Assembly: GCA_050951805.1 (NCBI GenBank)
Contig: JBMNJT010000002.1
Coordinates: forward strand, 1,120,001 to 1,184,000
From: Bacillota bacterium
GTDB taxonomy: Bacteria; Bacillota; DTU025
DNA: 64,000 nt
Direction of reading: 5' to 3'
The position numbers and the translations under genes were made by a program. The notes beneath the pieces are model-generated. The model saw only the letters and a program-made list of their open reading frames with translations, ran no database searches and was not told where the DNA came from. Shown here piece by piece: positions 20,353 through 29,090 of the stretch (position 1 is its first letter; each line of letters opens with the position of its first letter).

Positions 20353-21093
20353 TTGTTCATGAGAAAGCGGTTAGAGAGCATCATGTGGGCAATTCGGCTC
20401 TTCATAATCAAGGCCATTGGTTGGTTCGTAATTGTTGAGGACTCCCAGGTCCGCTATATTGGGAGTCACGAAATGCTTCCCCCTCCTCTGAGCCTGGATG
20501 AAGAAGCATTTCTCATGGAAAAGCTGAAGACCGGAGATATCTGCGTCAGAAGTGAACTTGTGGAACGCAATCTTCGTCTGGTGGTCTACATAGCGAGGAA
20601 ATTCGAAAGCACGGGAGTTGGCGTGGAAGATCTTGTCTCCATAGGCACGATCGGACTGATCAAAGCGGTAAATACATTTGACCCTGAAAAGAAGATCAAG
20701 CTCGCAACTTACGCATCGCGATGCATAGAGAATGAGATACTGATGTATCTGCGCAAGACCAACAAGATACGGAGCGAAGTCTCGTTCGATGAACCTCTCA
20801 ACGTGGATTGGGACGGGAATGAGCTCTTGCTTTCCGATGTCTACGGCACTGAAGATGATCTAGTTTATCAGGCCCTCGAGGAGGAAGTGGACCGGAGACT
20901 CCTTGGCGAGGCGCTCTCGAGCTTGTCGGGGAGGGAGAAGCGGATAATGGAGTTGAGATTCGGGCTTTCGGACGGATCGGAAAAGACCCAAAAACAGGTT
21001 GCTGATCTCCTTGGCATTTCTCAATCATACATATCTAGGCTGGAGAAGAGGATTCTTACCAAGTTGAGAAGGCAGATGATCAGGGTAGAATGA
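20353..21093 (+). CDS. sigE: Sporulation sigma factor E
   Basis: Pro-sequence, [57 protein letters not shown]. Confidence 0.97.
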   Translation: MFMRKRLESIMWAIRLFIIKAIGWFVIVEDSQVRYIGSHEMLPPPLSLDEEAFLMEKLKTGDICVRSELVERNLRLVVYIARKFESTGVGVEDLVSIGTIGLIKAVNTFDPEKKIKLATYASRCIENEILMYLRKTNKIRSEVSFDEPLNVDWDGNELLLSDVYGTEDDLVYQALEEEVDRRLLGEALSSLSGREKRIMELRFGLSDGSEKTQKQVADLLGISQSYISRLEKRILTKLRRQMIRVE

Positions 21094-21119
21094 CCCTAGT
21101 CCATTCTTACCAGCTGCTT

Positions 21120-21153
21120 GCCCCTGCGCGGATCCGCGTGGGGGCGATTTTTT
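21120..21153 (+). terminator. Rho-independent terminator after sigE
   Basis: GCCCCTGCGCG-GATC-CGCGTGGGGGC followed by GATTTTTT. Confidence 0.75.
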
Positions 21154-21186
21154 GTGAAAATATCGCCAATTAAGTTGATGCGGGCG

Positions 21187-21216
21187 GAATAAACCTTGGC
21201 TGTCGGAGCAATACTT
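21187..21216 (+). promoter_or_regulatory. Putative forespore (sigma-F/G) promoter of sigG
   Basis: GAATA-18 bp-AATACTT resembles the sigma-F/G consensus GHATA...CATAHTA. Confidence 0.5.
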
Positions 21217-21257
21217 CTGTTAGCAACACGAATGTGAGAATGTGGAGTTGTTCCGAT

Positions 21258-22031
21258 ATGGCGCTTAACAAGGTCGAGATCTGCGGCGTGAATACCTCGA
21301 AACTCCCGGTGCTATCCAGCTCAAAAATGCGTGAACTGCTCGAAGCGGTGCGCGATGGCGACAAGGAAGCTCGCGCCAAACTGATACACGGGAACTTGCG
21401 GCTGGTGCTCTCGGTAATACAGCGATTCACCAACAGGGGCGAATATGTTGATGATCTGTTTCAGGTAGGTTGCGTGGGGCTCATTAAAGCCATCGATAAC
21501 TTTGACCTGTCTCAAAACGTGAAATTCTCCACATATGCCGTCCCGATGATAATAGGCGAAATCCGGCGCTACCTGCGTGACAACAACCCGATCAGAGTAT
21601 CCCGCTCGCTTCGCGATATTGCATACAGAGCCCTGCAGGTCCGCGACAAGTTAATGTCAGAAACTTCAAGAGAACCTACGATAAACGAGATCGCCGCAGC
21701 TTTAGGAATACCAAGTGAAGAGGTAGTCTATGCACTCGATGCAATACAGGAGCCGATATCCTTGTTTGAGCCGATATACCATGATGGCGGCGACCCCATA
21801 TACGTCATGGACCAGGTATCGGACGAGAAGAACACCGACGCGAACTGGCTTGAGGGGATTTCTATAAAAGAGGCCATGCTCAGACTGTCGCCGAGGGAAC
21901 AGACCATACTCAAGCTAAGGTTTTTTGAAGGGAAGACCCAGATGGAAGTGGCGGACGAGATAGGCATATCGCAGGCACAGGTGTCAAGGCTCGAAAAAAA
22001 CGCGCTTCGACAGATGCGAAAATCGATGTAA
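21258..22031 (+). CDS. sigG: Sporulation sigma factor G
   Basis: MALNKVEICGVNTSKLPVL, GNLRLVLSVIQRF, RDNNPIRVSRSLRDIAY. Confidence 0.97.
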   Translation: MALNKVEICGVNTSKLPVLSSSKMRELLEAVRDGDKEARAKLIHGNLRLVLSVIQRFTNRGEYVDDLFQVGCVGLIKAIDNFDLSQNVKFSTYAVPMIIGEIRRYLRDNNPIRVSRSLRDIAYRALQVRDKLMSETSREPTINEIAAALGIPSEEVVYALDAIQEPISLFEPIYHDGGDPIYVMDQVSDEKNTDANWLEGISIKEAMLRLSPREQTILKLRFFEGKTQMEVADEIGISQAQVSRLEKNALRQMRKSM

Positions 22032-22057
22032 CTCGGGTCTCATAAGCCCAAGAGGGG

Positions 22058-22798
22058 GTGCCGACTACGAAAAAGGAAATAGTCGCCAGAACAATAACAT
22101 GTGGACTAGTGTTATTCTGTTTCACGCTGTGCGCCGTGGTTCTGGCTGCCCAATCTGATGCGGCTTGGGGTGAAGCCAGGCTAGCCTATAACACGTCCAA
22201 TCTGATCAGACTTCACGTCGTGGCACCGGCAGATGACAGCGCAAGCAGCTGTTTGAAGCTGGCGGTTCGAGACGCCATTCTTGGCGAGACCTCTTCCTTG
22301 CTGGAGAGCGCGAAGGATGCCCGTGAGGCTGAAGCGCGCATCCGGGCCAACCTCGGTCGGATCCAACGAATGGCGAATGAAGTTGTTGCACGGGCGGGAT
22401 TCTCACATTCCGTCCGCGTTACCTTGGGTATGGAGCAGTTCCCTGCGATATCGTACGGCCAGATATCGTTGCCTTCAGGAAGCTATCTGGCGCTTACAGC
22501 GGCTATAGGGCCGGCTGCCGGCTCAAACTGGTGGTGCATTCTGTTTCCCCCTCTTTGCTTGGTGGACGTGACAGAGGGATGCATAATAGAGGCTAGGCAA
22601 GATGGCAACAGGCCTATCGGCCTTGAGTTCGCAACGAGGTCTCTTCTGTTTGCTCCAACGGCTGCCGAAAAGGAAGCGGCCCTCTATCATGCATCCAGGG
22701 CTACTCAGCGTGCTACGCTTGCGCAACTCAACTGGGAATTGCCGGAGTGGATATGCAGGCTCCTCGGCCTGAGCAGGTTTGATCAAGCTAAGAGATGA
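22058..22798 (+). CDS. spoIIR: Stage II sporulation protein R
   Basis: Signal peptide, LIRLHVVA, LKLAVRDAI, GSNWWCILFPPLC. Confidence 0.92.
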   Translation: MPTTKKEIVARTITCGLVLFCFTLCAVVLAAQSDAAWGEARLAYNTSNLIRLHVVAPADDSASSCLKLAVRDAILGETSSLLESAKDAREAEARIRANLGRIQRMANEVVARAGFSHSVRVTLGMEQFPAISYGQISLPSGSYLALTAAIGPAAGSNWWCILFPPLCLVDVTEGCIIEARQDGNRPIGLEFATRSLLFAPTAAEKEAALYHASRATQRATLAQLNWELPEWICRLLGLSRFDQAKR

Positions 22799-22882
22799 AG
22801 ATAGGCCACTGGAACAAGCACCTTGCAGCTGGCTCCCGCATACTATGTGGAGGGCCAGTTTTCGTTTTCAGGAGGTGCGCAC

Positions 22883-23131
22883 GTGATACAGCGGGCATCT
22901 GAACTGAGGGTCAAGGAAGTCGTGAGCGTCAATGATGGAAAGAGACTGGGCTTCATGTTCGACGTGGAGATAGACATGGACACAGGCAAAGTCATCAGCT
23001 TTGTGATACCCAGCGGCGGAAAAGTTCTGGGATTTTTGGGGCGAGGGGGGGAGCTGGTCATAGAATGGGATCGGATACGCAAGATCGGCCTAGATGTAAT
23101 CCTCGTCGATGACGCGGGACTGACGCTGTGA
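22883..23131 (+). CDS. ylmC: YlmC/YmxH PRC-barrel sporulation protein
   Basis: SELRVKEVVSVNDGKRLG...IEWDRIRKIGLDVILV; GGAGG RBS before GTG 22883. Confidence 0.9.
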   Translation: MIQRASELRVKEVVSVNDGKRLGFMFDVEIDMDTGKVISFVIPSGGKVLGFLGRGGELVIEWDRIRKIGLDVILVDDAGLTL

Positions 23132-23160
23132 TCGCTGTCCCCATTTAGCGCCATCTTCAA

Positions 23161-23440
23161 TGCATGATCCTGGGGCCCTTTGTTGGGATCGTAGCATCTA
23201 CAAGAATACTGCTCTTGATTGGATTAGTATTGGAGACCGATTCCAAATCAAAACTTGAAGGAGCTGTCGAGACCGCCCAACGGTCTATCGTCATTTCTCG
23301 CAAGGGTCAGCGAGTCAGACCCGGGAAGATGAAGGCAAAATCTTGTCCGGGTATCGCCTGGGGAATGCCGTTATGCGAAAGTACCCTGAGTATACTGGGT
23401 GAAAGCCCAGGCTGAGGTGGCGATGCCCGAGACAAGGCGA
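23161..23440 (+). ncRNA. Candidate structured non-coding RNA, family unknown
   Basis: Five consecutive hairpins; the last (23342-23436) has a ~17-bp closing stem enclosing two GAAA tetraloops; G-U pairs work only on the + strand. Confidence 0.45.
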
Positions 23441-23587
23441 TAATTGATCTGGGTATGCTCGTGTGCGCCTTACGTGAACCGGGAATGAGGGTATTACCCC
23501 GATATTATCCATAACATACATGTTGATCGGGTCCATCTAGGGGCAGGATATATACGAAGGATGTTGATAGTAAAGGGGGATTGCCCC

Positions 23588-23616
23588 TTGAAAGACGGTG
23601 CCACTGATGTTATACT
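23588..23616 (+). promoter_or_regulatory. Sigma-A promoter of the Hint-domain gene
   Basis: TTGAAA-17 bp-TATACT with TG extension, then GGAGG RBS at 23627. Confidence 0.7.
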
Positions 23617-23640
23617 TTCGCCTGCTGGAGGCGATGTTAC

Positions 23641-24147
23641 ATGCAAGGCTATGCTTCCGAGGATACAACTGTTTTCCTCAAGGACTCGGCTGGCCGAATT
23701 CTGGAAGTAGCTCTTGTGTTCTTCAATGCCATGCTCGATTCCGATGCTGGCGGCGATGATCTTGGGGAATACAAGATCTTAGGCAGATCGGGTTGGACTG
23801 ATCTTCTTTGCGTGGCCAGGCGCAATCTGTGGGAGGGTGAGCAGCTCTGCCACATCCGCACGCGTCTTGGCCGTATTTTGCTGACTGGCGAACACGAGCT
23901 ATACGTGAGGAGGGGCCCGGTCGACGTGGTCGTGGCGGCGAACGATGTCAAGGCCGGAGACGCGCTTCTCATGCTTGAACGTCCGAGACTTGGGAAGGAT
24001 GCTCCTCCTCTTGGCGAAGAGATTAGTTTCAGAACCTTGGGAGTCCTTTCCGCGACTGCGTCCACCGGTTTTTCGGGATATGTGTATCAGCTTCAGACTG
24101 GAGATGGCACGTTCGTTGCTGATGAGTTTCTCGTGCATGGGCTGTGA
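23641..24147 (+). CDS. Stand-alone Hint (intein-like) domain protein, catalytically degenerate
   Basis: Block A-like YASEDTTVFLKD, block B IRTRLGRILLTGEHELYV (TxxH), DVKAGD, block F/G GYVYQLQTGDGTFVADEFLVHG. Confidence 0.75.
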   Translation: MQGYASEDTTVFLKDSAGRILEVALVFFNAMLDSDAGGDDLGEYKILGRSGWTDLLCVARRNLWEGEQLCHIRTRLGRILLTGEHELYVRRGPVDVVVAANDVKAGDALLMLERPRLGKDAPPLGEEISFRTLGVLSATASTGFSGYVYQLQTGDGTFVADEFLVHGL

Positions 24148-24218
24148 TATAATTATGGCCGATGCATCGGCCCGCCGTCTGCGTGACGGTGGGGGCTGTG
24201 GGGAGGTCATCAGCTGGC

Positions 24219-25511
24219 ATGAGGGCTGCAGAACCGCGTCGGGCTAGGGTGGAAGAGCGGACGCCCGCTAAGCGCACGCAGAAGTCCTTCGCAATTGCCG
24301 TGATCGTTGTTGTGGTCGCGGTGCTTTCCTATTCTCTTTACGCAATGGTCAGTCCGGGCCTAGTGATCAGGTTCTCCGAATCTGCAGTGGCCCGCCACGG
24401 TTCGATCGAGCTTTCCTCTCGGGGCAAGGCCATAATAGTCAGGGATGAACGTGTCGTAATCACTCCAATCAGCGGAATAATCCATTTTCTGGTACCAGAT
24501 GGCGAGAAGGTCGCGGCCGGCACTGCTGTTGCTGAGGTGCGTGATACAGCGATTTCGTCATCTGTGGAGGCGAACGCTCTGCGCATCGAGGAAGAGTTGG
24601 ACAAATTCGTTCAGGAGGCGGCTCTGCGCGAGGGCAGGGAAAAAGACCGTCTGCTCGCTATAAGGGTCCAGATTGCGCTCAAGGAAGAGGAACTCAAGGC
24701 GTATGTGGATCGAAAGGATGCTAAGAACGCGAACAAGGTCCATTCCGAACTGGAGCAGCTCCACAAGCGGGAGGCAGCGGCTGAGGCCGAGGTGGGGCGG
24801 ATCGTCTTTGACACTCAGGCAGCCGCCGCTGCCATAGCGGAAGCAAAGCGCCAGTCTGACGCGGCGGCAGGACGCGCGCTGGCTGTCCTTCGAAGCTGCG
24901 ACGCTTCTCTGATCAGCGCCCATTTGGATGGGCTTGAAGGGATATTTAACCCGCGCAATCCTGATCTTCTTCTAATTAATCCCGCTGACTATGATGCCTT
25001 TCCTCACGTTCGGGCTGAGGGGGATCTGGTGGCGGCGGGTTCTGCAGTCTTCCGCGAAGTCCAGAACTTCAGGACTGATCTCCTTGTCTTTGCCGAGTTT
25101 CCTGGGGAATGCGTACCTGCGGTCGGCGCGCGAGTATGGGTTCGGTTCCCACGGTTGGCCCTCGAGGCTGTTCCTGCCACTGTCATGGGCGCTATGAACC
25201 GTCCTGACATGGGAGAAGGAACTTGGGCGTTCCATGTGGCTCTAGATAGATATGCGACAACCCTCACGAGTCTCCGGTCGGAGGATATCGACTTCATCAC
25301 CGGCTACGTCTCGGGGACGGTGGTTCCGATTGAGGCTTTAACAAGCAAGTACGGGGTGACTGGAGTTTATCTTTTTCGGACTGGCCGGTTCAGGTTCAAG
25401 GAAGTTGAGGTCATTGGTTCAAATGGGACCGAAGCCGTGGTCGCTGGCCTGAGCGAAGGAGATAGGGTAAAGCTCGGCGATGGCGGCCGTAGTGCGCGGA
25501 TGCCGAAATAG
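24219..25511 (+). CDS. HlyD-like periplasmic adaptor / membrane-fusion-family protein
   Basis: N-terminal TM, TPISGIIHFLVPDGEKVAAG lipoyl-like half motif, long coiled coil, C-terminal VVPIEAL...GLSEGDRV; GGGAGGT RBS before ATG 24219. Confidence 0.7.
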   Translation: MRAAEPRRARVEERTPAKRTQKSFAIAVIVVVVAVLSYSLYAMVSPGLVIRFSESAVARHGSIELSSRGKAIIVRDERVVITPISGIIHFLVPDGEKVAAGTAVAEVRDTAISSSVEANALRIEEELDKFVQEAALREGREKDRLLAIRVQIALKEEELKAYVDRKDAKNANKVHSELEQLHKREAAAEAEVGRIVFDTQAAAAAIAEAKRQSDAAAGRALAVLRSCDASLISAHLDGLEGIFNPRNPDLLLINPADYDAFPHVRAEGDLVAAGSAVFREVQNFRTDLLVFAEFPGECVPAVGARVWVRFPRLALEAVPATVMGAMNRPDMGEGTWAFHVALDRYATTLTSLRSEDIDFITGYVSGTVVPIEALTSKYGVTGVYLFRTGRFRFKEVEVIGSNGTEAVVAGLSEGDRVKLGDGGRSARMPK

Positions 25512-25590
25512 CGGCGGTACATTCCCTGTCTGGGTGGGGAAGGTATGGAGGAATAGGTTAGAATTCGGAGAATACGTAGCCTAGGATGAG

Positions 25591-26301
25591 GTGGGTTTTT
25601 TGTCGTCGATTGCCGATAATCTCGGGATACTTCAAGACAGGATTGCCGCAGCTGCGGGGCGCGCGGGTCGCGACCCCTCTGAGATTACTGTGGTGGGTGT
25701 AACCAAGAATGTCGAGGCTCAACGGATTGCTGAGGCAGTGGCCGTAGGGATTCGGGATTTCGGGGAAAACAGGGTGCAGGAGGCTGCAAAGAAGATCCCG
25801 CTTGTGGAAGCGGATGTCAGTTGGCATCTGGTGGGGCATCTTCAAAGGAACAAGGCTAAGCAGGCTGTGGAGCTTTTCTCTCTCATACATTCTCTAGATA
25901 GCGCTAGGTTGGCTGAGGAACTCAATCGCAGATGTGAAATGGCTGATTGCGTTATAGATCTCCTTCTCCAGGTCAATGTCTCCGGCGAGGATACGAAGTT
26001 CGGCATCCCGCCTGAAATGGCCCGGGATGCTTTGCTTGAAATGGCGAAATACGAGCGCCTGCGGGTTTGCGGACTGATGACTATTGCCCCATATTCTGAT
26101 GATCCGGAGGATGCTCGCCCATGCTTTGCTCGGGCTCGAAAGCTTTGGGAGGATCTAGGGAAGCTTTCGATTTCCAACGTGAGAATGGACGAGCTGTCCA
26201 TGGGGATGTCCGGTGATTACGAGGTGGCCATAGAAGAGGGCGCGACGATTATCAGGGTGGGCACGGCGATATTCGGGCCTAGGCAGCGCGAGTTATCGTG
26301 A
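25591..26301 (+). CDS. yggS: YggS/YlmE PLP-homeostasis protein
   Basis: VGVTK, FGENRVQE, WHLVGHLQRNK, LSMGMSGDY, RVGTAIFG. Confidence 0.95.
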   Translation: MGFLSSIADNLGILQDRIAAAAGRAGRDPSEITVVGVTKNVEAQRIAEAVAVGIRDFGENRVQEAAKKIPLVEADVSWHLVGHLQRNKAKQAVELFSLIHSLDSARLAEELNRRCEMADCVIDLLLQVNVSGEDTKFGIPPEMARDALLEMAKYERLRVCGLMTIAPYSDDPEDARPCFARARKLWEDLGKLSISNVRMDELSMGMSGDYEVAIEEGATIIRVGTAIFGPRQRELS

Positions 26302-26328
26302 TATCCGGCATTTCCCACTGCGAGCCGG

Positions 26329-27108
26329 TTGTATGGAGGTGCTTGCATGTACGACGATTCTGCTGTGCTCCGCGCCGCGCGCGAGGCAGCCCAGTCAGGT
26401 GTTCCTGTGCGGCTGGGATTTCTTGATCCGAATGAGCAGGACGATGCGGCCGAAGTGCTTGCGTCAATTGGGGATGTGACGCCTCGATTTTACGGGGGAT
26501 ACAGGGGTGCGGCGCGTAAGCTGCTTGTGATTATGCCTTCTGGGTATCTCGACGAGGTTTTCAATGCGGGCATATCCTACTTTGGGCTGCGTGGCGTCGG
26601 GCTCAGTCTTGATGGGGGATCCGGGTCTGATGCGGCCATTGCCGAGCTTCGGGCCTTGGGCATTCCACGTGACCACATCGGAGACGTGTTCTATGGGGGC
26701 AACGAGTGGCAGGGTGTGGTGCTCGCATCTGTCTTCGGGGATGGGAGCAATGAGCGAGAGCTAGAGGGATCAGGCGCCAGACTGGTGGAACTGGATCCCG
26801 CAGAGGTGGTGTTTCCCGGGGTTGTTCCGAAGAAGATCAGGGCCACGGTGGCTTCGATGAGGCTGGACGCGGTGGCAGGCGCTGGATTTCCGGCATCGAG
26901 GTCAAGGCTTGCCCAGGAGATCAAGGCGGGCAGGTTCAAGGTAAACGGGGAGATTGTTCAGTCTCCTTCTGTCAAGGTTAGTGAAGGGGATGTCGTAGTC
27001 TCTCGCGGGAGAGGCAGGCTTGTTGTGGAGGAAGTTTTCGGGGAAACCAAGCGAGGGCGTGTTTCCCTCATGTTGACACGTTATTCGGCAAACGCGCCAT
27101 TCTCTTGA
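26329..27108 (+). CDS. ylmH: YlmH/Sll1252 S4-domain RNA-binding protein
   Basis: FLDP, YGGY..A.R, VASMRLDAV...SRS, GDVVVSRGRGR; start may be ATG 26347. Confidence 0.85.
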   Translation: MYGGACMYDDSAVLRAAREAAQSGVPVRLGFLDPNEQDDAAEVLASIGDVTPRFYGGYRGAARKLLVIMPSGYLDEVFNAGISYFGLRGVGLSLDGGSGSDAAIAELRALGIPRDHIGDVFYGGNEWQGVVLASVFGDGSNERELEGSGARLVELDPAEVVFPGVVPKKIRATVASMRLDAVAGAGFPASRSRLAQEIKAGRFKVNGEIVQSPSVKVSEGDVVVSRGRGRLVVEEVFGETKRGRVSLMLTRYSANAPFS

Positions 27109-27121
27109 GAGGAGGGTCGGA

Positions 27122-27622
27122 ATGCTTACGCCACTTGAAGTCCATTCTAAGCAGTTCCAAACGAAATTTGGGCGTTACAATGCAGCGGAAGTCGATGATT
27201 TTCTCGATCTGGTGGGACAGTGCTACGATCAGTTGTACCGCGAAAATGCTGAACTCAAGGAGAAGCTGCGACTCCTTTCCGAGCAGGCCCAGTATGAACC
27301 GGAAGAACGCGATGAGGACATAGCTGAAACGATTAAACAGACTCTTCTGATGGCTCAAAAGGCAGCTGAAGATGCTAGGCGCAACGCGGAGGAAAAAGCT
27401 TCGCTCATTGTGGAAAATGCTGAGAGGGAAGCTGCTGCCGTGCTCGATCGGACGGAGGAGAGGGTCCGTGCTCAGCAGAAACGTTTGGAGGATCTCTACG
27501 CTCAGGAGGCCGCTGCGAGGGCCAGGTTCAAGGCAATGCTCGAGGCCTATCTCGAGATGTTAGAGGATACGCACCGGGATGCGGAGGGGTTCGTGGGGGG
27601 AGTTACAAGAAAATACGAGTAA
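27122..27622 (+). CDS. divIVA: DivIVA cell division protein
   Basis: MLTPLEVHSKQF...YNAAEVDDFLD; TLLMAQKAAE coiled coil. Confidence 0.92.
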   Translation: MLTPLEVHSKQFQTKFGRYNAAEVDDFLDLVGQCYDQLYRENAELKEKLRLLSEQAQYEPEERDEDIAETIKQTLLMAQKAAEDARRNAEEKASLIVENAEREAAAVLDRTEERVRAQQKRLEDLYAQEAAARARFKAMLEAYLEMLEDTHRDAEGFVGGVTRKYE

Positions 27623-27666
27623 AACCGTTCGGACGTGGGCACTATATCCTTCGCGAGGTGTGATCT

Positions 27667-27966
27667 GTGCGAAGGAAGCGGCGGCCGGGCGAAGTCAGGG
27701 CCCTCATGTCCCAAATCATGCAGCTCTCTCGGCGCCTCGAGGATTCTAGCGTTGCGGAGTATGTCGAGTTTATGCGCAATCCGCGGCGGGTCATTTGGTC
27801 GAACTTCCTTGCTGGAATGGCTAGGGGATTCGGCATTGCTATAGGGGCGTCCGTCCTTACCGCGCTATTCCTATATGCACTTTCCGTTGTTATCTCGCTT
27901 AATATTCCAATCATAGGCAACCTAATCGCCAAGATCGTCAAAATAGTGAAGGATAGCGGCGTATGA
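27667..27966 (+). CDS. DUF5665-like small membrane protein
   Basis: EYVEFMRNPRRVIWSNFLAGMARGFGIAIG; typical neighbour of divIVA/yteA. Confidence 0.7.
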   Translation: MRRKRRPGEVRALMSQIMQLSRRLEDSSVAEYVEFMRNPRRVIWSNFLAGMARGFGIAIGASVLTALFLYALSVVISLNIPIIGNLIAKIVKIVKDSGV

Positions 27967-27982
27967 CGCGGGAGGTGCGCAG

Positions 27983-28549
27983 ATGGAACCCGAAAAGATC
28001 GATTCGTGCAAGAGCAGGCTTATCGAACTGAAGGCGCAGGCGGAATCGAGGGTGCGGGATGTTGAGGAAACTGCGGGTTTCGACACGCCAGAATCGGAGT
28101 GGAGCGGCGAGCTTTCGAGTTACGATAATCACACGGCAGATAGCGCTTCTGCGCTGGAGATGCGATCTATTAACCTCGGCTTGATACACCACGGGCGGGA
28201 TATAGTCGCCCAAATAGAATCTGCACTGGAGCGTATCGCGGATGGGTCTTATGGCAAATGCGACCAGTGCGGTCGGGATATTCCTCCCGAGCGCCTCGAC
28301 GCGATACCGTGGACGACCAGTTGCGCTCAGTGCAAAGCCGATTCTCTGTCACCTTCCGGAAGGAGCGGTCCTAGGCCTATCGAGGAAGAAGTTGTGAGGC
28401 CTCCGTTCGGCGGCAGGGATCCTGCCCGCGCCTACGACGACCCTGGCATCCACGGAGAGGATATCTGGGATGCGCTAGCGGAGTATGGCACTGCCAACAG
28501 TCCCCAGGATGAAGAGGCCGGGAACTCTGGCGACGTGGATTCGTTTTAG
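27983..28549 (+). CDS. yteA: YteA-family TraR/DksA C4 zinc-finger protein
   Basis: GELSSYDNH, YGKCDQCG..IPPERLDAIPWTTSCAQC, RPIEEEV, YGTANSPQD. Confidence 0.85.
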   Translation: MEPEKIDSCKSRLIELKAQAESRVRDVEETAGFDTPESEWSGELSSYDNHTADSASALEMRSINLGLIHHGRDIVAQIESALERIADGSYGKCDQCGRDIPPERLDAIPWTTSCAQCKADSLSPSGRSGPRPIEEEVVRPPFGGRDPARAYDDPGIHGEDIWDALAEYGTANSPQDEEAGNSGDVDSF

Positions 28550-28625
28550 TAGTTGCGTGGCATGTTAGAGTGTTTACGGGGCACATTTCGTGTGCTAGAA
28601 TTGAGTTCAGACTTGAGAGAGATTA

Positions 28626-29090
28626 TTGGGGTGGAGGCATGTGTCGCTTTTCCTGACAAGTGCATGGGTTATCCTTCTCGACCAGATAACTAAGACGATT
28701 GTGACGAGGCAGATAGCGCCATGGGACAATATCGAGTGCCTTGGCGGGCTGCTGCAGATCACAAATGTGCACAACCCGGGGGCGGCGTTTGGAATACTCC
28801 AGAACAAGCAGATATTGTCGATTGTTGCCGCAATTGTCGCAGCGGTGCTGATATTGCTTTTCTATCCCAGAATTCCCAGGCACAGGAGGTCGATGAGGTT
28901 TGGAATGGCGCTGGCGCTGGGCGGGGCGCTCGGGAACCTTATTGACAGGGTGAAGTATGGAAGTGTCATAGATTTCATCGACGTCGGCTTCTGGCCGGTG
29001 TTTAACCTGGCAGACAGCGCCATCGTTGTGGGAGTCGCACTGATCCTTTTAGGTATGGCGCGCGACCCCAGTGTAAGGAGGAGTAACTGA
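28626..29090 (+). CDS. lspA: Lipoprotein signal peptidase II
   Basis: DQITK, NPGAAFG, GGALGNLIDR, VFNLADSAI. Confidence 0.96.
   Translation: MGWRHVSLFLTSAWVILLDQITKTIVTRQIAPWDNIECLGGLLQITNVHNPGAAFGILQNKQILSIVAAIVAAVLILLFYPRIPRHRRSMRFGMALALGGALGNLIDRVKYGSVIDFIDVGFWPVFNLADSAIVVGVALILLGMARDPSVRRSN

Noticed and set aside
23164-23536. 83-aa (+) and 73-aa (-) ORFs in the gap after ylmC
   Set aside because: No RBS or motifs; the region is better explained as structured RNA
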